The notes under the pieces: generated by a model
The model's database searches: none
Seen by the model: only the letters and a program-made list of their open reading frames with translations
Told to the model about the DNA's origin: nothing
In this document: positions 28,290 through 37,369 of the stretch, piece by piece
Layout of the letters: every line of letters starts with the position of its first letter
Numbering within the stretch: the stretch's first letter is position 1
Origin: an uncultured Anaerolineaceae bacterium
Lineage (GTDB): Bacteria > Chloroflexota > Anaerolineae > Anaerolineales > E44-bin32
Direction: 5' to 3'
Length of the DNA: 64,000 nucleotides
NCBI GenBank assembly: GCA_964517315.1
Contig: CAZFCJ010000003.1
Span: 4,487-68,486, forward strand
Made by a program: the position numbers and the translations under genes

Positions 28290-29057
28290 ATGGCACCGAC
28301 CGATAAGCCGTCTGAATCGACTGTTTCACAGTGGGCCATCACCGACGGGCGTCCTGTGGAGGCGGTGATTTTCGATTTGGATGGGACCCTGCGGCACAGC
28401 GAGCCGCGGAGTATGGATCTGTTCCACGACCTGGCGCAGCGACATGGGCTGAGCTTGGACGAACAGATCCGGCGAATGGCGGTACGTTGGAACCACGCTT
28501 ACTGGGCGGATTCCGAAGAGCGGGAGGCCGACGCTGAGGCCGCTGAGGACCGGGAAGCGTTTTGGTTGAACTACGCCCGGCGCCACTTGATTGCCTTGGG
28601 AGCGCGGCGCGCTCAGGCCGAAAAGTTGGCGCCGAAACTGCATCGCCTCATGGTCGAAAATTACGACCCGGTCGATGTTGTGCCGCAGGATGTGGTCCCG
28701 ACGCTCAAAGCGCTCAGCGCGCAGGGCTACCGGCTGGCGCTGGTTTCGAATCGCAGCGATCCACTGGAGGAGACGGTGACCGAGCTGTCATTGGACGGCC
28801 GCTTCGAGCTCACGCTGGCAGCGGGAGAGGTCGGCTGGTGGAAACCGGATCCCCGGCTGCTGCAGCACGCGGCCGAGGAGATCGGTGTGGAGCCTGGCTG
28901 CGCGGTCTACGTCGGCGACAACCCGTACGCCGATGTGCGCGGGGCGCGCAACGCCGGCATGCATCCAGTGCTGGTCGATCCTGAGCGCTTGTTCCCCGAA
29001 ATCCAGTGTCATAAGATCGAAACCATCGGTGAGCTGCCGACGCTTCTGGGGATCTGA
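28290..29057 (+). CDS. HAD superfamily hydrolase
   Basis: 255 aa with motif I FDLDGTL and motif IV GDNPYADV. Confidence 0.8.
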   Translation: MAPTDKPSESTVSQWAITDGRPVEAVIFDLDGTLRHSEPRSMDLFHDLAQRHGLSLDEQIRRMAVRWNHAYWADSEEREADAEAAEDREAFWLNYARRHLIALGARRAQAEKLAPKLHRLMVENYDPVDVVPQDVVPTLKALSAQGYRLALVSNRSDPLEETVTELSLDGRFELTLAAGEVGWWKPDPRLLQHAAEEIGVEPGCAVYVGDNPYADVRGARNAGMHPVLVDPERLFPEIQCHKIETIGELPTLLGI

Positions 29058-29235
29058 CGCCGACCATAACCTGTGTCGGCTGACGGCCGAACACTGCGGA
29101 GATCGTTGGGCGTGTCCCGGCTGCACTCCTTCGTCGGACGCCGTCGCATGGGCAGCGGCGCGCTGCAGGCGGGCCGGACGTTTTCCGCAGGCGAGGCGGA
29201 AGAGCTTCCGTCAGGGGATCGTAGGCTGTTCGTTA

Positions 29236-29264
29236 TTGACGGATGCAGGGCCCGAGCCTATACT
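29236..29264 (+). promoter_or_regulatory. sigma70-type promoter candidate (TTGACG-17 nt-TATACT)
   Basis: The -35 hexamer is at 29236-29241 and the -10 hexamer at 29259-29264, with an exact 17-nt spacer, read directly from the sequence. Confidence 0.6.
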
Positions 29265-29337
29265 TAATCAACGCTCAAACGGGAGGCCAATCTGACGTGA
29301 GGGTTCCCAGCATTCAAACTGAGGTTCGCCGAACCAA

Positions 29338-29374
29338 GGCACCGGGCTGAATTCGCCCGCGTGCCTTTTTGTTT
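29338..29374 (+). terminator. intrinsic terminator/attenuator hairpin in the leader of the SWIM gene
   Basis: GGCACCGGGC...GCCCGCGTGCC stem followed by TTTTTGTTT. It lies about 20 nt before RBS AAAGGAGAG and ATG 29395. Confidence 0.6.
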
Positions 29375-29394
29375 CGGCGCTGAAAGGAGAGCGA

Positions 29395-29640
29395 ATGGAC
29401 TACGGGATGATCGGGAAGATCGAGAAGGCAAAGCGCTACGCCGAGGAGCGGGACCGAATTCGATTTGAGTCTTTCCGGGCCAAATTCGACGGTGAGAACA
29501 ACCCTCACACCGTTGAATTTGCGGACGGCGAATGGTCCTGCGATTGCGATTTCTTCCTCACGCGAGGTGTGTGCAGTCACACCATGGCGCTTGAACGCGT
29601 GCTCGAATCCATGATCCCGGTTCCGGCGGAGACCGCTTAG
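29395..29640 (+). CDS. small SWIM zinc-finger protein
   Basis: 81 aa with a CxCx(n)CxH pattern (WSCDCDFFLTRGVCSHTMAL). Strong RBS. Confidence 0.7.
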   Translation: MDYGMIGKIEKAKRYAEERDRIRFESFRAKFDGENNPHTVEFADGEWSCDCDFFLTRGVCSHTMALERVLESMIPVPAETA

Positions 29641-29709
29641 GCGAAGGTGGAAAACATCTGATGTAACCCTCTCCGCTCTTGATCGGGCCACCGTAGTGAG
29701 CGCCGCCCC

Positions 29710-30843
29710 TTGAGGCGGCGCTCGATGTTCGTTGGTCAGCAATTGCGGTTGCAACAGTTCAGCGTGGTAGAATGTCCGGCGCGGCGGGGTGAGGAGAGCC
29801 CCGCTTTCTTGCTGTATGGAGGTTCTTTGAAGCGCTGGCAGTTTTGGCTCGGCATCTTGATCAGCGCCGCGTTTCTCTGGCTCGCGCTGCGAGGATTGCA
29901 GCTTGACGAGGTGTGGGAGGCGCTGCAGGGGGCCAACTACATCTGGCTGATCCCCGGCGTGGGGGCCTACATGTTGGCCGTCGTGGCCCGTGCCTGGCGC
30001 TGGCACTACCTGCTGAGGCCGCTCAAAAGCGTGCCCACCCGCTCGATGTTTCCGATCGTCGCCATTGGTTATATGGGCAACAATGTCTACCCGGCCCGCG
30101 CCGGCGAGCTTCTGCGCGCGTACGTCCTGCGCAGGCGTGAAAGCGTCCCCGTCTCGGCCTCGCTGGCGACGATCATCGTCGAGCGCGCGTTCGACGGCAT
30201 GGTGATGCTGGGCTTCGTGTTCCTCAACCTGCCGGAGCTGGCCGAAGTCACCGCCGACTCGCGCTTCGCCGGCAGCATTCAGACGTTGGCCCTGTGGGGC
30301 GTGGGCGCCTTTTCGACGTTCGTCGTGTTGTTCTTGCTGATGGCGGTGTTCCCCGAGCCCACGCTTCGAATCACCGCCTGGTTGCTGGAGCGGCTGACCC
30401 CGGCCAGCATTCGCGAACGGGCTCTGCCCCTGGCCGAGCGTTTCGTCGGCGGCCTAGAATCACTGCGCTCTCCGGCCGATGTGGGGATGGTGCTGGTCAC
30501 CTCTATCGTCATTTGGCTGCTGGAGACCGGGAAATATTGGTTCGTCATGCACGCCTTCCCCTTCACGGTCAGTTTCTTCGCGCTGATGCTGATGAACGGC
30601 GTGGTCAACCTGGCCACGACGATCCCCTCCGCACCCGGTTATGTGGGCACGTTCGACGCGCCGGGCATCGCCGTTCTCGAAGCGTACGGGGTTCCAGGTG
30701 GCCTCGCCGCTGGCTACACGCTCGTGCTGCACGCTGCGCTGTGGCTGCCCATCACGCTGCTGGGCGCCTACTTCATGGCCCGCGAGAGCTTGAGCTGGAG
30801 GCGGGTGCAGGCTGAGATGGCTCAGGAGAGCGTCACCACGTGA
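29710..30843 (+). CDS. UPF0104 / lysylphosphatidylglycerol-synthase-TM-like (flippase-like) membrane protein
   Basis: Multi-TM protein with the typical N-terminal region (FLWLALRGLQLDEVWEAL...ARAWRWHYLL). The true start is probably downstream of 29710. Confidence 0.7.
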   Translation: MRRRSMFVGQQLRLQQFSVVECPARRGEESPAFLLYGGSLKRWQFWLGILISAAFLWLALRGLQLDEVWEALQGANYIWLIPGVGAYMLAVVARAWRWHYLLRPLKSVPTRSMFPIVAIGYMGNNVYPARAGELLRAYVLRRRESVPVSASLATIIVERAFDGMVMLGFVFLNLPELAEVTADSRFAGSIQTLALWGVGAFSTFVVLFLLMAVFPEPTLRITAWLLERLTPASIRERALPLAERFVGGLESLRSPADVGMVLVTSIVIWLLETGKYWFVMHAFPFTVSFFALMLMNGVVNLATTIPSAPGYVGTFDAPGIAVLEAYGVPGGLAAGYTLVLHAALWLPITLLGAYFMARESLSWRRVQAEMAQESVTT

Positions 30844-32132
30844 AGGTGGTCGTGGTGGGCGCGGGAGTGGGGGGTCTGGCCGCCGCTTACGACCTGGCGG
30901 GGGCGGGGCACGAAGTGGTGATCTGCGAAGCGTCCGACCACGTCGGTGGATTGGCCTCGGGCTTCAAGCTGCCCCGTTGGGACTGGTCGCTGGAGCGATA
31001 CTATCATCACTGGTTCGCCTCCGACGACCACATACTCGGCTTGATCGAAGAGCTCGGCTGGAGCGACCGGCTTCTCCTCCCGCGACCGGTGACCGCCGTC
31101 TACCACAATGGTGATTTCTACGCCCTGGATTCGCCCCTCAACGTCCTCCGCTTTCCGGGCTTCAACCCGCTGGATGTGGTCCGCTTCGGTCTGGTGACGG
31201 CGTTCCTCAAGTTCACGCCCTGGTGGAGACCGCTGGAGAGCCACACTGCCGACGCATGGATGCGGCGGTATTACGGAGAGAAGATCTACCGCACGCTGTG
31301 GAAGCCGTTGCTGGAAGGGAAGTTTGGCCCCTACTATGGTGAGGTCACAATGGCCTGGTTCTGGGCCCGGGTCAAGGCCCGGACGACCCGCTTGGGCACG
31401 TTCGAGGGCGGATTCCAGGCGTTCGTCGAGGAGTTCGCCGAGGTGGTCAAGACGCGAGGCGCCCAGCTGCGGTTGCGCTCGCCTGTGGAGTCGATCCGGT
31501 CACGTGACGACGACCGCCTGGAGGTGCAATACGACTCGGGGACGATCGAGGCCGATCACGTGCTCGTCACAACCTCGCCAGCGCTGCTGGCCAAAATGGC
31601 GCCGGAGCTCCCCGCCAGTTATCTGGACAAGCTGCTGTCGCTCAAGTCGATGGGCGCCGTGGTCCTGACTCTCGCGCTGCGCGAGCGCCTCTCCAAGAAG
31701 GGGATCTACTGGCACAACCTGCCCAAGGAGGCCGGCTTCCCCTTTTTGGCGCTGGTTGAACACACGAATTTCCTGTCTCCCGCGTGCTTTGGCGGCGACC
31801 ATATCGTTTACTGCGGCGACTACTTGGTTCCTGAGCATGAGTACTTTCGGATGTCGCAGGAAGAGCTGCTCGATCGCTTCCTGCCCGCGCTCTCCCGCTT
31901 CAATCCGGAGTTCGACCGCAGTTGGGTGAAGGATGTCTGGCTTCATCGAACGCCGTACGCCCAGCCGGTCCCTCCAGTCAACCATTCGGAGAACATCCCC
32001 GCGCTGAACACGCCGATTCCCGGCTTGTGGCTGGCGAGCATGAGCCAGGTGTATCCATGGGACCGTGGGACGAACTTCGCGGTCGAAATCGGGCGGGAGG
32101 CCGCGCAGCGGATCCTGGAGGCTCAGGTCTGA
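30840..32132 (+). CDS. FAD/NAD(P)-dependent oxidoreductase (amine oxidase/phytoene desaturase-like fold)
   Basis: 430 aa with dinucleotide motif VVVVGAGVGGLAAA. GTGA overlap with the UPF0104 gene. Confidence 0.75.
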   Translation: MKVVVVGAGVGGLAAAYDLAGAGHEVVICEASDHVGGLASGFKLPRWDWSLERYYHHWFASDDHILGLIEELGWSDRLLLPRPVTAVYHNGDFYALDSPLNVLRFPGFNPLDVVRFGLVTAFLKFTPWWRPLESHTADAWMRRYYGEKIYRTLWKPLLEGKFGPYYGEVTMAWFWARVKARTTRLGTFEGGFQAFVEEFAEVVKTRGAQLRLRSPVESIRSRDDDRLEVQYDSGTIEADHVLVTTSPALLAKMAPELPASYLDKLLSLKSMGAVVLTLALRERLSKKGIYWHNLPKEAGFPFLALVEHTNFLSPACFGGDHIVYCGDYLVPEHEYFRMSQEELLDRFLPALSRFNPEFDRSWVKDVWLHRTPYAQPVPPVNHSENIPALNTPIPGLWLASMSQVYPWDRGTNFAVEIGREAAQRILEAQV

Positions 32133-32237
32133 CGGTCGTGAGTTGGTCTAAGATCGTGGGGGGTGTTATTATTCTCTCTGCGGGCGCGAGCGCGTCCTGC
32201 ATGGGGAAAAAAGTTTGAGGTCATCGGAGGAGATGCT

Positions 32238-32663
32238 ATGGCGTGTGTGCACAATCTGATCAAAAACTACCGGCCCGAGCTCGAGCTGGAGGAGCCATTG
32301 ACCGCGGAGGAGCTCGTGGAGCACGTCGCCGAGGAGACCGAGCTCGATTCGGAGACGGTGCGCAAGGTGTTTGAAGCCCTGCCGGATGCGCTGCACCATT
32401 ACCTGCTGAGCGCCCGGCCGGTGGAGCTGCCGGGGGTGGGCCGGATCAAGCCGGCTATGGATCTGAATGGCAAGATCCGTGGTGAGCTGGAGACTCACGA
32501 GGCGCTGGTCGAGCGTCTGAGTGAACCTGACGCCTATAGTGCCGGTATTAACCGACGAGAGAACATCGGTGCCGATCTCAGCCGACTGGCGCAGATGTGG
32601 AATTCAAGTCACCCCGACGACCCGGTGAGGGATGTGGACGCATACGCCGTCGTGGGTGCGTAG
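32238..32663 (+). CDS. hypothetical protein with HU/IHF-like N-terminal domain
   Basis: RBS GGAGGAG before ATG 32238. The segment ELVEHVAEETELDSETVRKVFEALPDALHHYL...VELPGVGRI resembles the HU fold. Confidence 0.5.
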   Translation: MACVHNLIKNYRPELELEEPLTAEELVEHVAEETELDSETVRKVFEALPDALHHYLLSARPVELPGVGRIKPAMDLNGKIRGELETHEALVERLSEPDAYSAGINRRENIGADLSRLAQMWNSSHPDDPVRDVDAYAVVGA

Positions 32664-32694
32664 CGCCGGCGAGTCGGCGGACGTTCCGGGGATC

Positions 32695-32731
32695 AAGGGG
32701 AGGTTGATTGAGGGGCCTCCCCTTGTTTATT
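32695..32731 (+). terminator. intrinsic terminator
   Basis: Perfect 9-bp stem AAGGGGAGG/CCTCCCCTT with a 12-nt loop, followed by GTTTATT. Confidence 0.65.
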
Positions 32732-32786
32732 GGGGGTGGCCCACAGATCCCCTCGTGAGTTATCGATGGGAGGGTCTCGAAACATT

Positions 32787-33911
32787 ATGCGAGATCCGCG
32801 CGTAGAGCGATTGGCTCAACTCCTGGTCGATTACAGCGTGGCGGTCCAGCCCGGCGACCGAGTCTTGATCGAATCTGGGACGGCCGCCGAGCCGCTGGTG
32901 CGGGCGCTGTTCGAGCGCATCCTGCAGGCGGGTGGGTACCCGTACCTTATGCTGGGTTTCGGCGGATTGGACACGATGACCGGATTGGACGCGGCGTTCC
33001 TAACGCACGCCTCTGAGGATCAACTCGCTCATCCTCCGACATTCATGCGGCTCGCCTACGAGGAGTTTGAAGGGCGGGTGCGAATTCACTCTTCGGACAA
33101 TGTCAACCGCATGGCCAACGTTCCCCCTGAAGCGGTGAGCCGGCGCCGTGGAGCGCTGCGCTCGCTGTTGGAGACGCAGATGGAGCGCGGTCAGTCGGGC
33201 GAGTTCCGCTGGGTGACCACGCTCTATCCTACGCGCGCCTACGCTCAGGCGGCGGAGATGAGCCTGGAAGAATTCGAGGATTTTGTCTTCCATGCTTGTC
33301 ATGTAGCGCAGGGCGATGATCCCGTCGTCCAATGGAACGCCATCGAGCGAAGGCAGGCGGCGCTGATCGAGGCCGTCCAGGGCCATGAGACCATTCATCT
33401 ACGCGGACCCAACTGTGATCTTCAGCTCGCTGTGGCGGGGCGCACGTTCAAGAACGCGTGTGGGCGCAACAACATGCCGGACGGCGAGATCTATACGGGT
33501 CCCGTCGAAGATTCGGCCCAAGGATGGGTCCGTTTCACTTACCCGGCAATCTATCAGGGCCGGACGGTCACGGGCGCTCGATTGAAGTTCGAGGACGGCC
33601 GCGTCGTGGAGGCCAGCGCGGACCGAGGGGAGGACTTCCTGAATTCCACCTTGGATACCGATTCGGGATCCCGCTACCTCGGCGAGTTCGCCATCGGCAC
33701 CAATCAAAATGTCAATCGATTCACCGGAAACATCCTGTTCGATGAGAAGATCGGGGGCAGCTTCCACCTCGCCCTCGGTGCCGGATATCCGGAAACCGGG
33801 TCGGTCAACAAAAGCGCGGTTCATTGGGACCTGATCTGCGACCTTGAATCGCAGTCGGAGATCCACGTGGACGGCGAACTCCTTTACAAAGACGGCGAAT
33901 TCCTGGCGTAA
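32787..33911 (+). CDS. M29 family aminopeptidase (AmpS/PepS-like)
   Basis: N-terminus MRDPRVERLAQLLVDYSVAVQPGDRVLI and C-terminus HWDLI...; M29-like throughout. Confidence 0.85.
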   Translation: MRDPRVERLAQLLVDYSVAVQPGDRVLIESGTAAEPLVRALFERILQAGGYPYLMLGFGGLDTMTGLDAAFLTHASEDQLAHPPTFMRLAYEEFEGRVRIHSSDNVNRMANVPPEAVSRRRGALRSLLETQMERGQSGEFRWVTTLYPTRAYAQAAEMSLEEFEDFVFHACHVAQGDDPVVQWNAIERRQAALIEAVQGHETIHLRGPNCDLQLAVAGRTFKNACGRNNMPDGEIYTGPVEDSAQGWVRFTYPAIYQGRTVTGARLKFEDGRVVEASADRGEDFLNSTLDTDSGSRYLGEFAIGTNQNVNRFTGNILFDEKIGGSFHLALGAGYPETGSVNKSAVHWDLICDLESQSEIHVDGELLYKDGEFLA

Positions 33912-33938
33912 GCAAGGGGGATGCCAGATCACGAAAGC

Positions 33939-33970
33939 GGCGCGCCACATCAGGTGGCGCGCCTTGTCTC
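33939..33970 (+). terminator. intrinsic terminator candidate
   Basis: Perfect 10-bp stem GGCGCGCCAC/GTGGCGCGCC with loop ATCAG, followed by TTGTCTC (weak U-tract). Confidence 0.55.
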
Positions 33971-34057
33971 GCGGCCTATAATTCCACGAAAACTGAATGG
34001 AGATGGGGATGGTTTCCGTCAAGAGTACGCCTTGCCTGCTCGGTCCGGGCCCCTCGG

Positions 34058-35320
34058 ATGGTGCCCGGTAGCTCGAAGGTGGATGCCGCCGTCGAAGGCC
34101 AGGGGCCGAAGCGGAGGCGCCAGACGCCGGTGACCGTTCCCAAGAGCCTGAAACGGGCTTGGTGGACCAGCAGCTTGCTAGGTGGGGTGGGCCTCGGGCT
34201 GGGCTGGGCGCTGATCGCACGAGCTGTCGTTCCGCCGGCGGGTTGGACTTGGTTTCTGCTGAGCGCCGCGGTCTGGCTCTACCTCTCGACGTTCACTCTC
34301 CGCAGATTGGAGCGCAACCGCCGGGAGGGCGAGGCTCGTATCCTCGGCGAATGGGGGCCGGGCACATGGCTCTCTCTCCTGCGCGCCCTGTTTATCAGCG
34401 CGCTGGCAGGGTTCCTGCTCCAGGGTCGACCTCCGGGATGGCTGGCCTGGCTGCCCATGGCCCTTTACACGGTCAGCGATGTGGCCGATTATTTCGACGG
34501 CTATTTTGCCCGCCGCAGCGGCCGTGTTACGCGGCTGGGGATTGATCTTGACCTCGAGCTCGACGCCCTCGGCCTGTTGGTGGCGGTGTTGCTGGCGGTT
34601 CGCTATGGGACTCTCTCGCCCGTTTTCCTGCCCGTCGGCTTCGCCCGCTACGCGTTTGCTCTGCTGATCGTCCTCCGCCGGCGGCTCGGTCGCCCGGTTT
34701 TCGAATTGCCGACGAGCGGGCTGCGGCGGCCCATCGCCGGCCTGACAATGGGGTTTGTCAGCGCTACACTGTGGCCGATCGTCGATAGTCCTGAGGCGAA
34801 TTTAGCCGCGGTGGTGTTCCTGCTGCCATTCGGCTTGAGCTTTCTTCGGGACGGGCTCGTCGTGGCGGGGGCCGTCGATCCACACAGTGCAACCTATCGG
34901 AGTGTGCGAGAAACACTGCGCGCGGGCCTGTTTGATGTTCTTCCGCTCCTGCTGCGCCCGGTCTTGGCGGCCGCCGTCGTATTGGAGATTCAGCGTCTGA
35001 TCGGGCATCAGGACGTTGCGGTTCAGGGGCTCATGTCTTGGGGTCTCAACCATCCTGAGACCGTCCTCATGGCGTTCGCGCTGCTGGAGGCGATAGGAGC
35101 ATTGGCCCTGCTCTTGGGTTGGGCCGGACGCCTGGCGGCGTTCGCGCTCGTGTTCCCGATCGGGCTGACCATCACCGCGTCTGCGCTGGATCCGCTGAGG
35201 GGCGTGCTGTTGGCGGTGAATTTGATCTTGCTCCTGACCGGAACCGGCCGGCTGTCCCTGTGGCACCCCGAAGCCGAATGGTTCGGGCGTCCGGCCGGTC
35301 AGAAACGCGCCCCAAATTGA
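34058..35320 (+). CDS. CDP-alcohol phosphatidyltransferase family protein with extra C-terminal multi-TM domain
   Basis: Exact signature DG-x2-AR-x8-G-x3-D-x3-D (DGYFARRSGRVTRLGIDLDLELD). 420 aa, about twice the usual length. Confidence 0.85.
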   Translation: MVPGSSKVDAAVEGQGPKRRRQTPVTVPKSLKRAWWTSSLLGGVGLGLGWALIARAVVPPAGWTWFLLSAAVWLYLSTFTLRRLERNRREGEARILGEWGPGTWLSLLRALFISALAGFLLQGRPPGWLAWLPMALYTVSDVADYFDGYFARRSGRVTRLGIDLDLELDALGLLVAVLLAVRYGTLSPVFLPVGFARYAFALLIVLRRRLGRPVFELPTSGLRRPIAGLTMGFVSATLWPIVDSPEANLAAVVFLLPFGLSFLRDGLVVAGAVDPHSATYRSVRETLRAGLFDVLPLLLRPVLAAAVVLEIQRLIGHQDVAVQGLMSWGLNHPETVLMAFALLEAIGALALLLGWAGRLAAFALVFPIGLTITASALDPLRGVLLAVNLILLLTGTGRLSLWHPEAEWFGRPAGQKRAPN

Positions 35321-35343
35321 TCCCCCGTGCTCAAGGGACCGAT

Positions 35344-35685
35344 CTAGGATTCGTCCTGGGGCAACGAGCTCCCCGATCTCTCTGGCGTGGGGCCAAGCAG
35401 AACCCAAATCAAACGGACGACGAGCCAGGAGACCAACATATAGACAAACATGCCGATGAACGCCGGAAGGTCGAGGACCATGTCTCCGCTCGAAGGAGTG
35501 GCCGTCAGATTCAGGAACGGCCACAGCAGCCGATCAGTCAGGCCGTAGACAAAGCTCGCAAAGGCGTTGTTAGGATTTGCGGCGATGAGCTTGAGCAGGA
35601 CGCGCAGGCCGATCAGGGCTTCAATCGCGGCGAACGCCAGATAGATCAGGCGAGTCCATCGAAGCAAGATGTCATGGGTCCTCAT
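35344..35685 (-). CDS. YggT family membrane protein
   Basis: 113 aa, YGGT-like, with RBS AAGGAGG upstream. Confidence 0.65.
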   Translation of the reverse strand: MRTHDILLRWTRLIYLAFAAIEALIGLRVLLKLIAANPNNAFASFVYGLTDRLLWPFLNLTATPSSGDMVLDLPAFIGMFVYMLVSWLVVRLIWVLLGPTPERSGSSLPQDES

Positions 35686-35815
35686 CTTTCAGTCGCCTCC
35701 TTCAGCCGGAAGGTTGGGGCGCGGAATTTGCGTCGGTTCGCGTTTGGCCAGTTTGTTTCACGATCGGGACTTCAGATGCGAATCTAGCAGCGCGGTCAGA
35801 TTCGACGGCTGCCGA

Positions 35816-36742
35816 TCAAGCGACAGATGGGTAAGCAGCACCTCTTTGTCCGCATATATCGAGCTGATGAGTGAGTAGGGCCAGGTTGCCCTCAGCGAGC
35901 TGCCTCCGTCGCTGCTCGAGCCAGGCGCGGAAGGCATCCCGGTCCAGACCGGGATGCCCCGCTAGCGCGTTCTCGACGGTATCCAGCATGAATTGCAGGG
36001 TTGTCAGCTCGTCCCGTGAATAGGCGCCGGCAGTCGGGAAAATGACCCAATCCGATGCGCCGGCTGCCGCCACTCGGCAACCTTTTTGGAGCAGCAGCGA
36101 GAGCAGCCGCCGGCCGGTTCGGCTGTGGCCCGAAGGATGACCTGAAGCGGTCGTCCTGCGGTCCATGGTCTTGTGGTACAAGCCTTCAATCCTGCGGTCC
36201 AGGTCGGGATTCAGCGTCGGCAGAAAGCGGGTCACGCCGTCGAAGTTGATCGTGAACCAGAACCAGCCCTGCGGTGGGATCAAACGCAGCAGACTTGGCA
36301 GCGTCGATTCCAGATCCACAAGGTCCAACAGCGCGTGGGCCAGGACCAGGTCCCAGTCAGACGATAGTGGCCTGAGCCCATCTTCAGTGACATCTCCATG
36401 GACCCAGCGAACCTGCAGACCCCCGTTGATATCGAGCTCGAGTCCGTTGTCGAGCGGGTGGGTCGGAACACTCTGTTCGGCGGCCCACGCGTGGAGCCGC
36501 CGATCGGCCTGGCGGAGCAGGTCGCCGTCCCGGTCCACCGCAGCGTACCGTCCGCCCCTCAGGACGCCCGCCTCGAGCAAGCGTTCGATCATCGTTCCGA
36601 TCCCCGCGCCGACCTCGACGATCCGGAGGGGGCGGGCGGGAAGTCGGTTCCAAAGCGACGTCCAAACGTGTCGATTCAAGGCCCGGTCGTCGATCGATCG
36701 CTTGGCCGCCAGATACTCCGGGTAATCGATTCGGGCGTTCAC
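35816..36742 (-). CDS. class I SAM-dependent methyltransferase (last gene of the ribA-PTPS-GT operon)
   Basis: SAM motif I RIVEVGAGIGTMIERL. The listed ORF runs to 36943 but would overlap the upstream 4-TM gene by 143 nt, so I inferred a GTG start at 36742. The start is uncertain. Confidence 0.7.
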   Translation of the reverse strand: MNARIDYPEYLAAKRSIDDRALNRHVWTSLWNRLPARPLRIVEVGAGIGTMIERLLEAGVLRGGRYAAVDRDGDLLRQADRRLHAWAAEQSVPTHPLDNGLELDINGGLQVRWVHGDVTEDGLRPLSSDWDLVLAHALLDLVDLESTLPSLLRLIPPQGWFWFTINFDGVTRFLPTLNPDLDRRIEGLYHKTMDRRTTASGHPSGHSRTGRRLLSLLLQKGCRVAAAGASDWVIFPTAGAYSRDELTTLQFMLDTVENALAGHPGLDRDAFRAWLEQRRRQLAEGNLALLTHQLDICGQRGAAYPSVA

Positions 36743-36800
36743 GCCGATCGCCTTCTCTACTGCCGCCTCAGACGGTAGGGATGCGTGAGGCGGCGTGGCC

Positions 36801-37172
36801 TCAGTGAGTTCGCTCCTCCATGGTTTCCGGCCCGGCCCGCATGTACTGCCACAAAGCCACGACAAGGATGACTTCATCCAATTTGGTGCCGTAGCCCACC
36901 AGATCGCGTGACCCCACCACAACCCAGGCCAGGATGGTGACAACCGTGTAGCCGATGAAGGCGTAGTAGAAGAGCTGCCGCCGCTCGGCGACGATCCCTG
37001 GATTCCAGAGGAACAAGACCAGCAGGCCCAGATAGCCCAGCCCGTTGAGGGTGAACATTAAATCTGGACTGCCGGTGTCGCGTATGGATGGGATGTTCAG
37101 GGCGATGAGATGTACCGCGGCGGTAGTCAGCGTGGTGATCACGATCACGGCGCGAAGTGTTGTTCTGCTCAT
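36801..37172 (-). CDS. 4-TM membrane protein, paralog A (function unknown)
   Basis: RBS GGAGGAG before ATG 37172 (MSRTTLRAV). About 55% identical by eye to the adjacent paralog, with shared blocks HLxxLNIP, TGSPD, FTLNGLGYLGLL and KLDExxLxVALW. Confidence 0.7.
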   Translation of the reverse strand: MSRTTLRAVIVITTLTTAAVHLIALNIPSIRDTGSPDLMFTLNGLGYLGLLVLFLWNPGIVAERRQLFYYAFIGYTVVTILAWVVVGSRDLVGYGTKLDEVILVVALWQYMRAGPETMEERTH

Positions 37173-37369
37173 GGTCCTCTCCTCCACAAGGAGCGTATCC
37201 AATCAGTTTTGTGATGGTCTGACTGTCGAGCGGGTAAGTCGGCCGGTGCCTCCTTCCTTTCCCAGGCCCGTATGGGCTCGGGCTTCCCATCGGGTGAATG
37301 TGCCAGGCGTGTGATCGACGACCAACGGCGCTTCGCACTCGACGGTGGAAACACGGGTCTGCCGGCCCC

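Noticed and set aside
35816-36943. Full 375-aa ORF for the methyltransferase
   Set aside because: The N-terminal 67 codons would overlap the upstream 4-TM gene by 143 nt and are Trp/Pro/Ser-rich. I shortened the gene to an inferred GTG start at 36742, which remains uncertain.
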